Shown one piece after another: positions 38,414-46,593 of a DNA stretch of 64,000 bases (position 1 is the stretch's first letter; the number at the start of each line of letters is the position of its first letter). A program made the position numbers and the translations under genes. Below the pieces are notes generated by a model, which was given only the letters and a program-made list of their open reading frames with translations, had not been told where the DNA came from and searched no databases. Location of the stretch: positions 62,001 to 126,000 of the IMG/VR virus record IMGVR_UViG_3300024239_000011; one strand, written 5' to 3'.

Positions 38414-38660
38414 CGGTCGCAACAGGTAGGAATCGAACCTTTCCAGACCAAGGATTATCAACACCGATTTCTGTTGATAACGAAGGGGATCGAACCCTTC
38501 ATCTACCGGCATGCCTTTACAGGGTGGTACCCGACCAGGGCTGTTACTTACCTTGACACCTCCGACATTGCTCCCTCCCCGACATCCGGAGTAGGAGAGT
38601 TCACGCCGTTTTCGGTGCTTCGGTCAACGGTTGACCCCGGCATCAATCTCCACTATCCTA
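38414..38660 (-). ncRNA. candidate RNA with T arm, closed acceptor-like stem and second T arm
   Basis: GAAGGG-TTCGATC-CCCTTC, TTATCAACA/TGTTGATAA, CCTTGG, AGG-TTCGATT-CCT. Confidence 0.45.
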
Positions 38661-38667
38661 CTCGCGG

Positions 38668-38786
38668 TCTGCTGTAGGATCAGTTGGTAGAGAGAACCAC
38701 CCCTCGTGAGGCGTAAGCCTCCCGGTGAAGGACCGTAATGCCGGGGATAATGGTTGGCCGTGGGTTCGAGTCCCACCAGCAGACCA
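38668..38786 (+). tRNA. opposite-strand tRNA-like gene with 51-nt anticodon loop
   Basis: TCTGCTG/CAGCAGA, AGTTGGTA D loop, AACCA/TGGTT stem, GTGGG-TTCGAGT-CCCAC. Confidence 0.6.
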
Positions 38787-38802
38787 CTTTAGATGTTAAC
38801 AT

Positions 38803-38877
38803 TGGTGGGTCTGGGTGGGATCGAACCACCTCTCTTCGGCGTGTCATACCGACGCTTTCCCAATAAGCTACAGACCC
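38803..38877 (-). tRNA. tRNA-Val(GAC)
   Basis: canonical. Confidence 0.9.
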
Positions 38878-38887
38878 AATGAAGAAA

Positions 38888-38971
38888 TGGAGAACCGTGG
38901 AGGAATCGAACCTCTTAGCCACCGGGTAAGAGCCGGTTGCGGACCCCAGTCATCGTCTTGGCGCACGGTTC
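38888..38971 (-). tRNA. tRNA-Lys(CUU) with insert before the D arm, U73
   Basis: ACCGG-CT-CTT-AC-CCGGT. Confidence 0.78.
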
Positions 38972-38978
38972 ATTGATT

Positions 38979-39053
38979 TGGTGGAGCGTATCGGAATCTC
39001 ACCGATCAGGCTAGAATCTTGCAAGGATTCTCCGGGTACATAGCCCACGCCCC
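38979..39053 (-). tRNA. non-canonical tRNA-Ala(UGC)
   Basis: G3-U70, no D-loop GG, T loop TGAGATT. Confidence 0.78.
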
Positions 39054-39059
39054 ATGTGG

Positions 39060-39135
39060 TGGTAGGTCTTCCGCGAATCGAACGCGGTCAATAACACCAT
39101 GTCACGGTGTTGCCTTCCCATCTGGCTCAAGACCT
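39060..39135 (-). tRNA. tRNA-Val(GAC)
   Basis: loop GT-GAC-AT. Confidence 0.87.
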
Positions 39136-39674
39136 ATTGAACGTTTGGTAGTTGGTGTCGTGAGCCAATCACCAAAAACACCAGCCACCCTAATTTCACG
39201 TATCTTATCGACTAACAAAAACCACGCTTCATATGGCATGTCGCGGCGTAATAAATTGCACCTAATACAACAAGCAACCACATTATCCATTGTGTGACCA
39301 ATGCTATTATTCTTTCGGTCAACTGTCATGGTTATTGTCGTCTCACCACAATACGAACAACCATTTGCAATCAATTCATCAACGAACTTAATAGAAAGGT
39401 CGTTTTCCAATCCTCGTTTGCGGTCAGACTTGCGCGAATCTTCAACAATGTATTTTGCACGATTGATACCGTGTTGACGTTCAAATTTTATTTTTGCTTG
39501 TTTCTTCTCTTCACGCCGTTTTCGGGAATCTAAGGTTTCGTATGTTCTGGCACGTGATTGATCACATTTCCGGCAATACACCTTCGGGTATCTTCTTCCT
39601 TTTACGGTTCGCATACCAAATGAAGTGATCGGCAATACTTCTCCGCAACTCGAACATATTTTAGTCTCACACAT
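39102..39674 (-). CDS. HNH-type endonuclease; 3' end overlaps tRNA-Val
   Basis: CSYCG...TVDRKNNSIGHTMDNVVACCIRCN; N-terminal zinc finger. Confidence 0.85.
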   Translation of the reverse strand: MCETKICSSCGEVLPITSFGMRTVKGRRYPKVYCRKCDQSRARTYETLDSRKRREEKKQAKIKFERQHGINRAKYIVEDSRKSDRKRGLENDLSIKFVDELIANGCSYCGETTITMTVDRKNNSIGHTMDNVVACCIRCNLLRRDMPYEAWFLLVDKIREIRVAGVFGDWLTTPTTKRSIGLEPDGKATP

Positions 39675-39734
39675 TTTTAACCTCTTTTGGTACTCGGGGA
39701 TTATGTATTTATCACCGAGTACCAAAAGATAGTT

Positions 39735-39816
39735 TGGAGCCGGGTGCGGGGTTCGCGCCCGCCCAGTCTAAGCCCGCTCTCGCGGTCGAACGCAAAGACT
39801 GCCTCTCGGCACCGGC
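39735..39816 (-). pseudogene. degenerate tRNA-like gene with enlarged anticodon loop
   Basis: GCCGG/CCGGC-T-CCA, GCGGG/CCCGC T stem, AGTCT/AGACT enclosing 26 nt. Confidence 0.4.
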
Positions 39817-39953
39817 ATAAAAAATTGATAAATGATGACTAGCCCCAACTCATCGCCGCCATCAACGAACCACCATAACAGCAGTCCTTGCCTAACTTGG
39901 TCTACCCCAATAAAACCTAGTTTTATAGCATAGATGCTATGCTAAATACTTGC

Positions 39954-40727
39954 ATGGAACCAAACATTATAAATGAAATACGGTCGAAGCGACGTGATGG
40001 ATATAGTCTTCAGTGGCTATCTCGTGAATATAATGTCGCAGTTGGCACCATACGATACCATACTAAGGGCATCCTTGTTAATAAAACCCCACATACATTG
40101 ATACAAGAGAAGCCAATCATCGTACCAATACCATCCGAGGATTGGGCATATTTTTGGGGATTTTATACTGGGGATGGTTGTTTAACGCAAATGACAAGAA
40201 GTTATTCAATAAGTATTTCCTGTGACATCAAGTATGAATATTTGATTGCGAATTATAGTGCTATTCTTTCTGATTTATTCAGACGCGAAGCAAAAATTTA
40301 CAAAACCAAACGGAATTGTGCAATCGTTCGTATTCACGGGGTTGACCTACCCAACATTCTTCAGCTACCACCGGGGGCGAAAACTGAAGAGTATAAAGTC
40401 CCAGAGTGGATATTTTCAGATAGAAAATACGCAGTTCAATTTCTAAAAGGTCTTATAGAAACTGACGGAAGTTGTTACCGACGAGATATAACACAATATG
40501 GTGTCATGTTCACTCAAAAAAACAAAACGATATTCGACTATTACAGCACCGCAATGTCTCTTTGTGATTACTCATTTACCAAGAGTAAAGGTAATGCTTA
40601 CCAAGCACAGACATCAACCAAAAACGGTGCAAAGGAAATGATTGATGAATTAAGGCTTCATCAAAAGATGCGAACATATTCAAGAAAAAATGGCGCGGGT
40701 ACGGAGAATCGAACTCCGACTCCTTGA
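39954..40727 (+). CDS. LAGLIDADG homing endonuclease with N-terminal HTH
   Basis: AYFWGFYTGDG and FLKGLIETDG; CTAAATA at 39942. Confidence 0.88.
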   Translation: MEPNIINEIRSKRRDGYSLQWLSREYNVAVGTIRYHTKGILVNKTPHTLIQEKPIIVPIPSEDWAYFWGFYTGDGCLTQMTRSYSISISCDIKYEYLIANYSAILSDLFRREAKIYKTKRNCAIVRIHGVDLPNILQLPPGAKTEEYKVPEWIFSDRKYAVQFLKGLIETDGSCYRRDITQYGVMFTQKNKTIFDYYSTAMSLCDYSFTKSKGNAYQAQTSTKNGAKEMIDELRLHQKMRTYSRKNGAGTENRTPTP

Positions 40728-40765
40728 GTGGCGCTCAAGTAGACACCCCAGTATCTTATACCCGC
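40691..40765 (-). tRNA. tRNA-Gly(GCC) variant, exact duplicate of 36005..36079
   Basis: 75/75 identical by eye. Confidence 0.75.
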
Positions 40766-40783
40766 ATTGTGTTGGTGTAGAAA

Positions 40784-40858
40784 TGGTGGAGCATATCGGA
40801 ATCAAACCGATCAGGCTATCATACTGCCAGCATGATCCGGGTACTCAGCCCATGCCCC
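40784..40858 (-). tRNA. non-canonical tRNA-Ala(GGC)
   Basis: G3-U70; same scaffold as 38979 and 42089. Confidence 0.78.
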
Positions 40859-40863
40859 ATTAT

Positions 40864-40939
40864 TGGTGCCACCACCCGGATTCGAACCGGGAACCTTCAC
40901 TTTACCAAAGTGCTGCTCTACCATTGGAGCTATAGCGGC
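40864..40939 (-). tRNA. tRNA-Thr(GGU), uninterrupted
   Basis: canonical. Confidence 0.92.
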
Positions 40940-40949
40940 TTGAATTTTT

Positions 40950-41534
40950 TTAATGTATACGCAGCCCGCGTGATTTTCTCCCATTCCCCCTGTTTTTTCC
41001 TTTGGACGTGGGCATCAGAGAATGGCAATTCGGGCAAAGTAAGCGAATATTTTCAGGTTTATTATTCGAAGCATCTCCATTGACATGATCTAGTTCAAGG
41101 CTCAATGGTTGACCGTGCCAATCGGAAATGCCGCATTTTTCACAACAATTACCTCGAATTTTTCTAAGGTAATTTTTCAGAGTTTTCCTTTCTGAAACTA
41201 ATCCATTTTCTATTTTTGGTAATGTTTCTTGAGTGAACTGGTAATCTCGCTGGCATTTATGAGAACAATATGTCCTTATTGCACGATTTTCACCCGTAAT
41301 TTCATTTCCGCAATTAAGACAAAAGCATTTCTGAAAATTTTCAGCAGCGTAAAATAGACCAGAGCACCGTTGACAGCAGAACCTATTCTTTCGCATATCA
41401 TACGGTAATGGCTGTTTGCAGTATTCACAACACGATGGACTTATCTCATAAGTCCGTATTTTTTCTTGTTTTATGAGTTTAGCTTTCTCTGCCCATGCTT
41501 TTCCGCCGAGTTTCCCTGCTTCTGATTTGTTCAT
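40950..41534 (-). CDS. HNH homing endonuclease, third paralog
   Basis: ELDHVNGDASNNKPENIRLLCPNCHS. Confidence 0.92.
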   Translation of the reverse strand: MNKSEAGKLGGKAWAEKAKLIKQEKIRTYEISPSCCEYCKQPLPYDMRKNRFCCQRCSGLFYAAENFQKCFCLNCGNEITGENRAIRTYCSHKCQRDYQFTQETLPKIENGLVSERKTLKNYLRKIRGNCCEKCGISDWHGQPLSLELDHVNGDASNNKPENIRLLCPNCHSLMPTSKGKNRGNGRKSRGLRIH

Positions 41535-41622
41535 TATGTCCTCTACGTATAGTATCCTACGACACTATTTATTTCGGAGAATATAGTGGATATAAACCAG
41601 TCAAGGGCTGGGAGAATATATT

Positions 41623-41711
41623 TGGAGAACCGGGTGGGAATCGAACCCACGACGGGCTTTCGCCAGCAGTTTAAGAGACTGTTCCTACCAACCAACAGTA
41701 GGCTCCGGTTC
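41623..41711 (-). tRNA. tRNA-Lys(CUU) with class II arm, U73
   Basis: ACAGT-CT-CTT-AA-ACTGC; arm GGC-GAAA-GCC. Confidence 0.82.
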
Positions 41712-41722
41712 ATTAAGAGAAT

Positions 41723-41792
41723 TGGTGGCGAAGGTTGGTAACGCTCCAACCTGACCGGCTTATGAGACCAGTGTCCTCCTTGAGGCATCGCC
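41723..41792 (-). tRNA. CAU-anticodon tRNA (Met or Ile2) with miniature D arm
   Basis: 70 nt; loop CT-CAT-AA; T loop AGCGTTA. Confidence 0.65.
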
Positions 41793-41899
41793 ATGGTATT
41801 CAATGCGCGTTGGATGATCTGTCAGTCCGTTCGAGCGAACATCTGTATGATAGGCACCTTGCCCGAAGATCATCACGTCATACCTACAACATCGCAATT

Positions 41900-41975
41900 T
41901 GGTTGCGGGGGTGGGATTTGCACACCACGACCTCTTGGGTATGAACCAAGTAAGCTACTGCTGCTCTACCCCGCA
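41900..41975 (-). tRNA. initiator-like tRNA-fMet(CAU)
   Basis: TGCGGGGTAGAGCAG body, loop TT-CAT-AC. Confidence 0.82.
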
Positions 41976-42007
41976 ATATTACATTGGTCAATCCGCCGTC
42001 CCAAAAA

Positions 42008-42083
42008 TGGAACTCCGTAGTGGAATCGAACCACCGCAGTCAGGTTTCGTAGACCCGAAGCCGTAAATACCAACGGACGGAGT
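42008..42083 (-). tRNA. tRNA-Arg(ACG), divergent, U73
   Basis: loop CT-ACG-AA. Confidence 0.8.
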
Positions 42084-42088
42084 ATGTT

Positions 42089-42163
42089 TGGTGGAGAATA
42101 TCGGAATCAAACCGATCAGGCTATCTGCGTGCAAGGCAAATCCGGGTACTCAGCCCATTCCCC
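42089..42163 (-). tRNA. non-canonical tRNA-Ala(UGC)
   Basis: G3-U70; same scaffold as 38979 and 40784. Confidence 0.78.
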
Positions 42164-42171
42164 GTTGTATT

Positions 42172-42245
42172 TGGTAGTCCCTGATGGAATCGAACCATCG
42201 TCTAACGCTCATCAGGCGCTTGCTCTACCATTGAGCTAAGGGACT
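42172..42245 (-). tRNA. tRNA-Ile(GAU)
   Basis: loop CT-GAT-GA. Confidence 0.88.
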
Positions 42246-42287
42246 AGAAATGGTTGTCGCTACCAGCCGAAGCGAGCGACGGTTAAA

Positions 42288-42363
42288 TGGTTGCGGGGGT
42301 GGGATTTGCACACCACGACCTCTTGGGTATGAACCAAGCAAGCTACTGCTGCTCTACCCCGCA
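42288..42363 (-). tRNA. initiator-like tRNA-fMet(CAU), near duplicate of 41900
   Basis: one difference seen. Confidence 0.82.
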
Positions 42364-42368
42364 ATAAT

Positions 42369-42444
42369 TGGTGCCAGGGGTCGGGATCGAACCGACATCT
42401 GCGGTTTTTCAAACCGCCGCATGGACCACCACTGCCACCCTGGC
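42369..42444 (-). tRNA. tRNA-Phe(GAA)
   Basis: canonical. Confidence 0.9.
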
Positions 42445-42468
42445 ATGGATTACTTGGTGATCTTGTAT

Positions 42469-42544
42469 TGGTGCCGCCCCACGGTTCTGACCCGTGTTCT
42501 CCGGGGTTTCAATCCGGTGCAATGACCACATCTGCTAGAGCGGC
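42469..42544 (-). tRNA. tRNA-Phe(GAA), variant T loop
   Basis: loop TT-GAA-AC; T loop GTCAGAA. Confidence 0.82.
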
Positions 42545-42551
42545 TTGAAGT

Positions 42552-42628
42552 TGGTTGCGGATGTCGGTGCTGCCCCGACTCTTCACAGCTTATGAGGCTG
42601 GCGACTTATCTTCCTTGTCCTATCCGCA
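42552..42628 (-). tRNA. tRNA-Met(CAU), variant T loop
   Basis: loop CT-CAT-AA; T loop GGCAGCA. Confidence 0.78.
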
Positions 42629-42633
42629 TTAAT

Positions 42634-42709
42634 TGGCACCAAGGGTCGGTATCGAACCGACATGTCTGGTTTTTCAGACCAGTGCATGAACCATCACTGC
42701 CACCTTGGT
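42634..42709 (-). tRNA. tRNA-Phe(GAA), G73
   Basis: loop CT-GAA-AA. Confidence 0.87.
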
Positions 42710-42748
42710 ATAAATACTACTAACTAAGCTTAATTTCAGGTAATCGTC

Positions 42749-43282
42749 ATGTTCATCCAAAACAAATACACCGCCGCGTATTTTCGCATCATTGAGAAAG
42801 CCAGATCAGAAGCACGAAGCAAATGTGACGGCTATTTTGAACGCCATCACATCACACCGCGATCTTTTGGTGGGACAAACAAGAAAGACAATCTTGTACT
42901 TCTGAAACCACGAGAGCATTTCGTATGCCATCTTCTCTTAACTAAGATGGTTTGTGCCAATTCACCGGAATGGCACAAAATGCTTCATAGCTTTATGCTT
43001 ATGAAAGGTCAAAACAAATTCCAAGACCGTTACATCAATAACCGTCTATACGATAAACTCAAAGAGGCGTATGCCGAATATCGACGCTCCGTTACCATTG
43101 GAGTTCCGCATACCGCAGAACATCGGGCGAAGATCGCACAAGCAATGACGGGACGCACGATGTCAGAAGAAGCCAAGAAAGCGATTTCCGAAAAAGCTGC
43201 CAAGCGCCCACGCAAACCGTTTAGCGACGAATATCGCGCAAAGATGTCTGCGATAATGAAAGAACGTCGGAAAACGGGTTGA
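42749..43282 (+). CDS. HNH plus NUMOD3-like homing endonuclease
   Basis: ERHHITPRSFGG.N..DNLV.L.PREHFVCH; HTAEHRAKIA, MSEEAKKAIS repeats; TATAAATA at 42709. Confidence 0.88.
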   Translation: MFIQNKYTAAYFRIIEKARSEARSKCDGYFERHHITPRSFGGTNKKDNLVLLKPREHFVCHLLLTKMVCANSPEWHKMLHSFMLMKGQNKFQDRYINNRLYDKLKEAYAEYRRSVTIGVPHTAEHRAKIAQAMTGRTMSEEAKKAISEKAAKRPRKPFSDEYRAKMSAIMKERRKTG

Positions 43283-43284
43283 AT

Positions 43285-43360
43285 TGGCTGGGGTGGTAGG
43301 GATCGAACCTACGACATTCGGTTTAACAGACCGACGCTACTACCGCTGAGCTACACCCCA
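43285..43360 (-). tRNA. tRNA-Asn(GUU)
   Basis: canonical. Confidence 0.92.
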
Positions 43361-43417
43361 ATATTTCGTAAAATGATTAACCCGGTGAAAGTTCAAAACC
43401 TCCCACCGGAATAGATT

Positions 43418-43500
43418 TGGCGCCGGATGAGGGACTCGAACCCCCGGTGTTGGTATGCCGCGTTACAAAGGCGGTGCTGTCGCCACTGAGCCAATCCGGC
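43418..43500 (-). tRNA. tRNA-Thr(UGU), 12-nt variable region, G73
   Basis: paralog of 21237; loop TT-TGT-AA. Confidence 0.85.
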
Positions 43501-43601
43501 TTGACTTTTAAAAGGAAAAATGCTAAATAAGAAGCTTGAGCCACCAGGGGATCACTCCCTTCCACAGTTATGATCCCCACAGTGGTGTACATAGGCAGGC
43601 G

Positions 43602-44423
43602 TTATTGATGCGCCACTACCTTCGAAATCGCTTCTTTGATTATACTCAAATCACCGTAAGCGATTTTTACCTTAGTTCTAATGTACTCCATTTTCTCGTG
43701 ATCCTGTTGCATGACCAGATGGTTCTTCGGATCAAGATATAAGTCAAAATCTGGCAAATAAAAATCTGGAAAATATAGATGTTTAATAGCTCGGTTGTCA
43801 TGCCATTCTATGGGTTTCGGGCGTATCCATTTGATTCCCATGGTATCAAGCAATGATGCAATTTCCAGTTCCCACGTACTCTGCAATTTTATTACTTTGT
43901 TTTGGTAGCGATTGAAATAACAAATGACCTTCGCCCCTAATGTTGGCTTGCTATTATTTCTCAATGCGACGATACAAGCCATTCCCCCACATGTCTTTCG
44001 TTGTTTTAATGCATCCTTGCCACAAATAGGACAGTGTTTAGCAGGGGTTTGTTGCTTTGAACACCCGATAGCATCCAATGCAGCATGCCACGACCCGAAA
44101 ACACTCACGTAATGACAATAATGCGGATATTTCAACCCGTCAAACATAGTGCTGGTTGGTATTGTCCCGGTTTCATCTGCATATCGTCGTAATTCTGATA
44201 GCAAAACATCATTGGAATGTTTTGTTCCTTTATTATTACCAAACTTAACAATAGGCAGACCAGCTTCGGTCAATGCACTATTCCAATTTCCGAACACATT
44301 CTTATAAGTGTTGGAACCAAATAGATAACCCTCAGGCTTGGGGCGAAAATCCCTTTCACGGGGCACCCTTCCAAATTCCTTGTAAAAACGTTGCAACTCT
44401 GCTAACATGATCTCTCTAGACAT
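43602..44423 (-). CDS. homing-endonuclease-associated repeats plus PD-(D/E)XK nuclease domain
   Basis: two EL.R.....G..P...F...Y..VFG.W..AL repeats; QSTWE...YFPDFYLPDFDLYLDPK. Confidence 0.8.
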   Translation of the reverse strand: MSREIMLAELQRFYKEFGRVPRERDFRPKPEGYLFGSNTYKNVFGNWNSALTEAGLPIVKFGNNKGTKHSNDVLLSELRRYADETGTIPTSTMFDGLKYPHYCHYVSVFGSWHAALDAIGCSKQQTPAKHCPICGKDALKQRKTCGGMACIVALRNNSKPTLGAKVICYFNRYQNKVIKLQSTWELEIASLLDTMGIKWIRPKPIEWHDNRAIKHLYFPDFYLPDFDLYLDPKNHLVMQQDHEKMEYIRTKVKIAYGDLSIIKEAISKVVAHQ

Positions 44424-45227
44424 ATGAAACCTCGTTTTGGCGCGTTCCTAATAGTATTTAGCAGACACCACAAGAAACGCGCCAAAACAGCGCAAAATGT
44501 TATTGATGCACCACATTTTGCTGGGTGCTCAAACATATCAGCACTGGAAACCAGAGGGTGGGCTACCACCATCGCTGTGAGTTACGCGCCTACGCACGCT
44601 CTCACTCCCTACCAGATACCTAGCTTTCCCCTCTCGGGTACCGGCTTTACAAAACAAAAAGCCCCGCTCCACTTTGCCTTTTTTGGCTTCGCGGAGCGGG
44701 GCTTTGTTTTAGCCCTTTTTGGAGTAGTTGGATCAGATTTCTTTGATCCTTCCTTCTCCGTTCGCTCCATCAGCCGTTCCGCGCTTATTTGCAACGGTGG
44801 CGACAGTAAACCAACGACCACGACCGCGACCGCACACGGCGGCGGCGATAATCGTCGCTTTCCGCATATTGGTGGTGGTCATGGTGGCGAACATTGAAGG
44901 CAAACTCCTAAATCTCGTTGAGCGAGGACATGTGTCCGTCGCGTTGATGGGGTCAATCTAATGGCTTTGATCACCCCCGTCAACATTTATTTAGCACGGA
45001 ACGCATTTTTTGTGTCCAAAATACATAACCAATTGAAAAATAAGTATTTTTGATAGCTATCTTCTGTGGTTTAAACCGATACTTCAAAATTTTTTGAGGT
45101 CTTTTACCCAGAAAATGATGCTGACCCTCCATAATGAAAGTTCGGCATACCCATCGTCTGTAAGATAACCCCTCAGAAGTAGTCCGCCAAGGTGACTAAA
45201 TATTCGATCAACCATAGGGGGTTCACT

Positions 45228-46049
45228 ATGTCATATGTTCCACGGGAGGCAGTTGCTTCCGATGTTGAAAAATACGCCGACCAAACAGGTGTGCTGCGCA
45301 TTTCTACGTTGTCGGATAATGATGCTGACACGTTTATTAAACTCGAAACTACAACGGATGACGATTTCATCCGCGTGTCTACGGCGGGTACGGAACGGCT
45401 TGTATTGGACAATACCGGTACACTGACCATTAAGACGGCAACGGTATCCGCCACTGATGCGACCACCGTCAACTTAGCAACCAGCGCATCCAATACAACG
45501 GTCAACATTGGTACTGGTGCTGGTTCTAATACAATTACATTGGGTGGTAGTGCGAGCGTGATTGTACTCGGGTCAACCCCAACGGCATCGAGCCATGCGG
45601 CCAACCGTGGTTATGTCGATTCCCAGATCAGTGGATTATCCAGCACCTATCTTGGACTCGCGGGTGGTACCCTTACCGGCGCCCTTACCTTACATGCCGA
45701 TCCATCTTCAAACCTTCATGCCGCAACGAAGCAGTATGTGGACAGTTATGTAGGAACGAACAAGGTGGTAGTGACTAGTGGTTCCAGTTCAACCGTTGCC
45801 ACTAATACCGACATTCTCATCATCAATAAAGGTACTGGTGGTGCCCATACAGTTGTATTACCAGCCGGGGCATCATTCACGCGCAAAACCCTTATTATCA
45901 AAGACGGTAAAGGGGACGCGGGTACCAATCCCATAACCATTGATGCGAATGAAAATGAGACAATTGATGGGTCTGCTACCAAAATTATCGATGCAAATTA
46001 CATGGCGCTTACCCTTACGTGGAATGGCACCGAATGGAACATTGTTTGA
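45228..46049 (+). CDS. tail-fibre-like structural protein
   Basis: HAANRGYVD, LAGGTLTGAL, HAATKQYVD, ETIDG. Confidence 0.75.
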   Translation: MSYVPREAVASDVEKYADQTGVLRISTLSDNDADTFIKLETTTDDDFIRVSTAGTERLVLDNTGTLTIKTATVSATDATTVNLATSASNTTVNIGTGAGSNTITLGGSASVIVLGSTPTASSHAANRGYVDSQISGLSSTYLGLAGGTLTGALTLHADPSSNLHAATKQYVDSYVGTNKVVVTSGSSSTVATNTDILIINKGTGGAHTVVLPAGASFTRKTLIIKDGKGDAGTNPITIDANENETIDGSATKIIDANYMALTLTWNGTEWNIV

Positions 46050-46061
46050 TAAGGGGCTACA

Positions 46062-46592
46062 ATGACATATCTTTCAACAGATAATATAGTCGATAAGGCA
46101 TATCGCCCTTTCATCGCCCTAAGTCTTCAAACGGATTTGGCGATGAATAGATCAACCCCCACCGAAATTACCTGGGATCGTGCAGACTATGTGTGTGACG
46201 TATACACATTCACCCTTGGGCAATCCGGGATCACAATCAACGTGGACGGATGGTATCATCTGACAGCGGAAATCAGCCTAAAACTGCTGAACAATTCCGC
46301 AACCACATCTGTCATTGCCATTTTCCAAAACAACACCCAGGTGGGAAACAGCCTATCCTTTGGTTACCACACCAACAAATCCAACGGAACCAGCACCCTT
46401 ACCGTAGAAGGGACCGTACAAGCATTAGCTAATGATGTTCTGGATGTTCGCGGCTGGAATTACGCGGGTTCTGGCAATCTCTCGACCGTTGCGTCCGGGT
46501 GCCGTATGCGCATCGAACAAATGTTGGATAGTCCGTACAAATCCAACTACCTGTGGCGTGTCACCAATTTAAAAAGCGGCAAAGGGGTCTGA
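46062..46592 (+). CDS. C1q-like beta-sandwich fibre-associated protein
   Basis: ITINVDGWYHLTAEI...QALANDVLDV. Confidence 0.6.
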   Translation: MTYLSTDNIVDKAYRPFIALSLQTDLAMNRSTPTEITWDRADYVCDVYTFTLGQSGITINVDGWYHLTAEISLKLLNNSATTSVIAIFQNNTQVGNSLSFGYHTNKSNGTSTLTVEGTVQALANDVLDVRGWNYAGSGNLSTVASGCRMRIEQMLDSPYKSNYLWRVTNLKSGKGV

Positions 46593-46593
46593 T

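Noticed and set aside
38680-43592. Short ORFs overlapping the tRNA array
   Set aside because: They coincide with tRNA genes and show no coding features.
44609-44870. Frameshifted membrane protein (MRKATIIAAAV joined to VVVVGLLSPP)
   Set aside because: Joining frames needs an unsupported shift; could be a pseudogene or sequencing error.
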